NCBI GenBank assembly: GCA_043228905.1
Contig: JBHGNT010000004.1
Coordinates: 19,220,001 to 19,284,000 of the forward strand
Length of the DNA: 64,000 bases
Direction of reading: 5' to 3'
Source: Azolla caroliniana
Lineage: Eukaryota; Plantae; Polypodiophyta
Part shown: in pieces, positions 61,540 to 64,000 of the stretch
Numbering within the stretch: position 1 is the stretch's first letter
Layout: each line of letters starts with the position of its first letter
Notes under the pieces: model-generated
What the model was told of the DNA's origin: nothing
What the model saw: the letters and a program-made list of their open reading frames with translations, nothing else
Database searches by the model: none
Translations under genes and position numbers: made by a program

Positions 61540-64000
61540 CTTACTCTTCGTTCAAGATATCCAATATGCTTTGCTCCAGGGTCTCCAGTGGCTCGACGGG
61601 AATTTGTTGTTGCTGTTGTGGTGGCTACTGTTGTGGCTGTTGCGGTGGCTGCTACTACGACTCCGGTTGTGACTTTGATTGTTGCTCTGGCACCGGCGTT
61701 TCCTTCGTTGTTTCCTCCAATAGCTTTGTATTCTCAGCCCGTTCGTCGGCGAGTGCCGTCGTGGCCCGATCAACTTCCTGCCGGAGCTCGGCCATCCTTT
61801 CCTGCTATTGCTTATGCTCCGTTGTCGTAGTGTATTTTGTACACTACGTGAAAAACTTATAAAGTACCGATTTAATAAATATGAATAAATAGTAGAAAAT
61901 ATTAAAATATATATAACATGCATAAGGCAAGATTCAAACCTTGCACCTCCATGTTAATAATGTAATGTCTTACCATTACACTAACATTTCATTCGTGTTA
62001 AAAAGTAGATGTCACACATAAAAAAGGTAAGTTCACATAGGATAAACTTTAGTTAAAAGAAAAACGCATGCTAAAAGAAAAATCTACGCATGCACATCTA
62101 GCGTGCATGAACACTATAGTTGATAAAAAACGCACAAGTTAGAAAAAGCATAATCACTTTAGATAAAGCATATAGGAAAAGCATGGAGTCTATAATTAGA
62201 GAAACGGCATGGGTTAGAAAAGACTCTCTCATCTCTATATAATGATGAGGAGCACAATGTAATGGGTGTGTGAAAAATATTTGGGAAATTAGATATATTT
62301 CCTAAAACACCAATTAATATAATCGTGGGATTCACAAAGTTTTATATAATCTACCTCTTCCAATTTATGATAAATTGTTATTAGGATTCTAAATATTAAT
62401 AAATCTAATAATCTATACTTGTGGAATTCACAAGTTTCTATCTCTCTTTCTAATAATCTATACATAACTATAAAATTGTCTCAAATTCTTCTTCCTCCTA
62501 GTCCAAAACCCCAGCGGTTCCCACTTGACTCACGCAACGATCCGATGCCGAAAGGCACGACACCGTGTCCAAACTCTATAAGTTCCGGTGCAGGTGGTCG
62601 AAGTCCTTTGTCTTCTGCTTCAGCCTCTGGTTGACTTGCCGGCGAGCGCGGTCTTCCCGGTCCTTTTGTTGACGGAGTTCTTCTTTCAGCCTTTCGATTT
62701 CCGTTTCCGCCATCCGTCGCAGCTTGTCCTTCTCCTGCAGCAATTTTCCTTTTTCCTCCTTTAGCCGGTCGTAAGCTTGATGCCCTTTCCGCAGATTTTC
62801 TTCTGCCCGGCGGAGGTTTTCAGCAGTCTTCTTTAACTCCTCTTCTGCCGCTTTCTTCAAATCTCGTTCGCGGCTCCGTAGTGCTTCTTGTGCGGCAAGT
62901 TTGTCCCTTAATTCGGCAAGCTCTTGGGCTTGCGTCGCATCTTTCTCCGGGACGGTTTTTGTATCCAAGGTCTTATTCGTATGTACAGGCGTGGTTGTTT
63001 CTTTATTCTGTACATCCACCGGAGTCACCGGTGCTTGGATCTGTGTTGCGGTTAAGGCCATTTTGGCCATGTCTTCTGTGACCCGATCCAAGTCTTGTTC
63101 AAGGCACCAGATCCTTGACCGGGCCGTCTCTAGTTCATCGGTTGTGACTAGCAACCGTTCCATCTGCGCTCGTTCTTCCGTCTCTACATACAGTATCACT
63201 CCGGCAACCTGCTCTCCTATCTACCAAAGCCATTGGCTGTCGGTGCCCTGTTGTTGCGTCTGCACGGAGGGTTGGCTAATGGGTTCACTTGCCAGTGGCC
63301 GGTCCCTCCTAACTCCGTCGAGCTGCAATTCCGTCTCTGCCTGCTGACCACTTTGTCGTTCCAGTTCTGGTTGTGTTTCGGTTGGCCGCTCTTGTTCTGC
63401 TTGTTCTTGGCCGGCTGAGGAAGGTAGCACATGCCTTACCGGCGCTTGCATTTCGGGGCTTGCCGTTTCTTGACCCGCTGGTAATGTTTGTTGTGTAGGG
63501 GCTTCTGAGACCAATTCCTTCCGATCCGGTTCCGGTTCCTCCCTTGGCGTGGGATTCTCAGTGTGGGGTAAAGGCGTTCCATCCTTCTGTGGGTCCGAAC
63601 GCTTCTTGGCTGATTCTGCGGTGCTCGTCGTCGGCCGCCGCTGGAGGTGCTCCGTAGGTTCTTCCTCTGTTTCCTCCTCCTGAGTCCCGGCATTCATTCT
63701 TGCCACCAGGGTGTCCGTTTCTTGCTGCACCGGTCGGCGGAGTGTGCCCTTCAGGGGCCATGCCGGTGTCTCCTCCTGCGTGTCCGTCGGCTGCTTCCGG
63801 ATAGCGTGCTCCTTCGCCGCCTGCTCCCTGTCGGTTGTCTTCCCCTTAGTGGTCTTGGTGGCCAACAACTGCTGTCGTTTTGAAGTAGCTTTCGGGGTGC
63901 TGTCCGTTACTCTTCCCCACTTCTTGGTCTGGACAGACTCGACAGGTGGCGCCAATAGGGTGAGCCATTGCGCCACCGCATGCCATATTTTCCGGCCTTC
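61540..64000 (-). pseudogene. Extra 3' ORF (low-complexity linker plus coiled coil), interrupted by an AT-rich insert ~61849-62485
   Basis: ORFs 63221-63976 and 62576-63199 (E/K/L/R heptads); AQWL motif shared with 9028-9261. Confidence 0.65.

Noticed and set aside
61842-61856. CACTA terminus (cactacgtgaaaaa)
   Set aside because: No matching TAGTG end to the right; it is the arm of a local hairpin.

Overview
Gene-free, fully repetitive land-plant heterochromatin (element families suggest a non-seed plant such as a fern; inference). Nesting reconstructed from TSDs and split ORFs: a minus-strand non-chromoviral Ty3/gypsy (5' LTR 44046-44539, gag-pol, extra 3' ORF) is split by a Penelope-like element (PLE, ~9273-38016). 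The PLE has direct plus inverted pseudo-LTRs carrying a type I hammerhead ribozyme. It hosts a solo LTR, an intact young copia (11200-16723), a palindromic double-LTR (36779-37707) and a chromovirus (17366-35071). The chromovirus in turn hosts a TIR DNA transposon carrying RACK1 and nucleobase-ascorbate transporter gene fragments, a decayed copia and a solo LTR. Further right are a chromovirus, a divergent gypsy split by a second young copia (49660-55089) and more fragments. Most unusual signals: a gypsy family with a tRNA-Arg primer site where the PPT should be, chromoviral LTRs starting with an antisense tRNA-like module, an inverted PPT in place of a PBS, and the foldback LTR. All calls are by eye; no alignments or searches were run.
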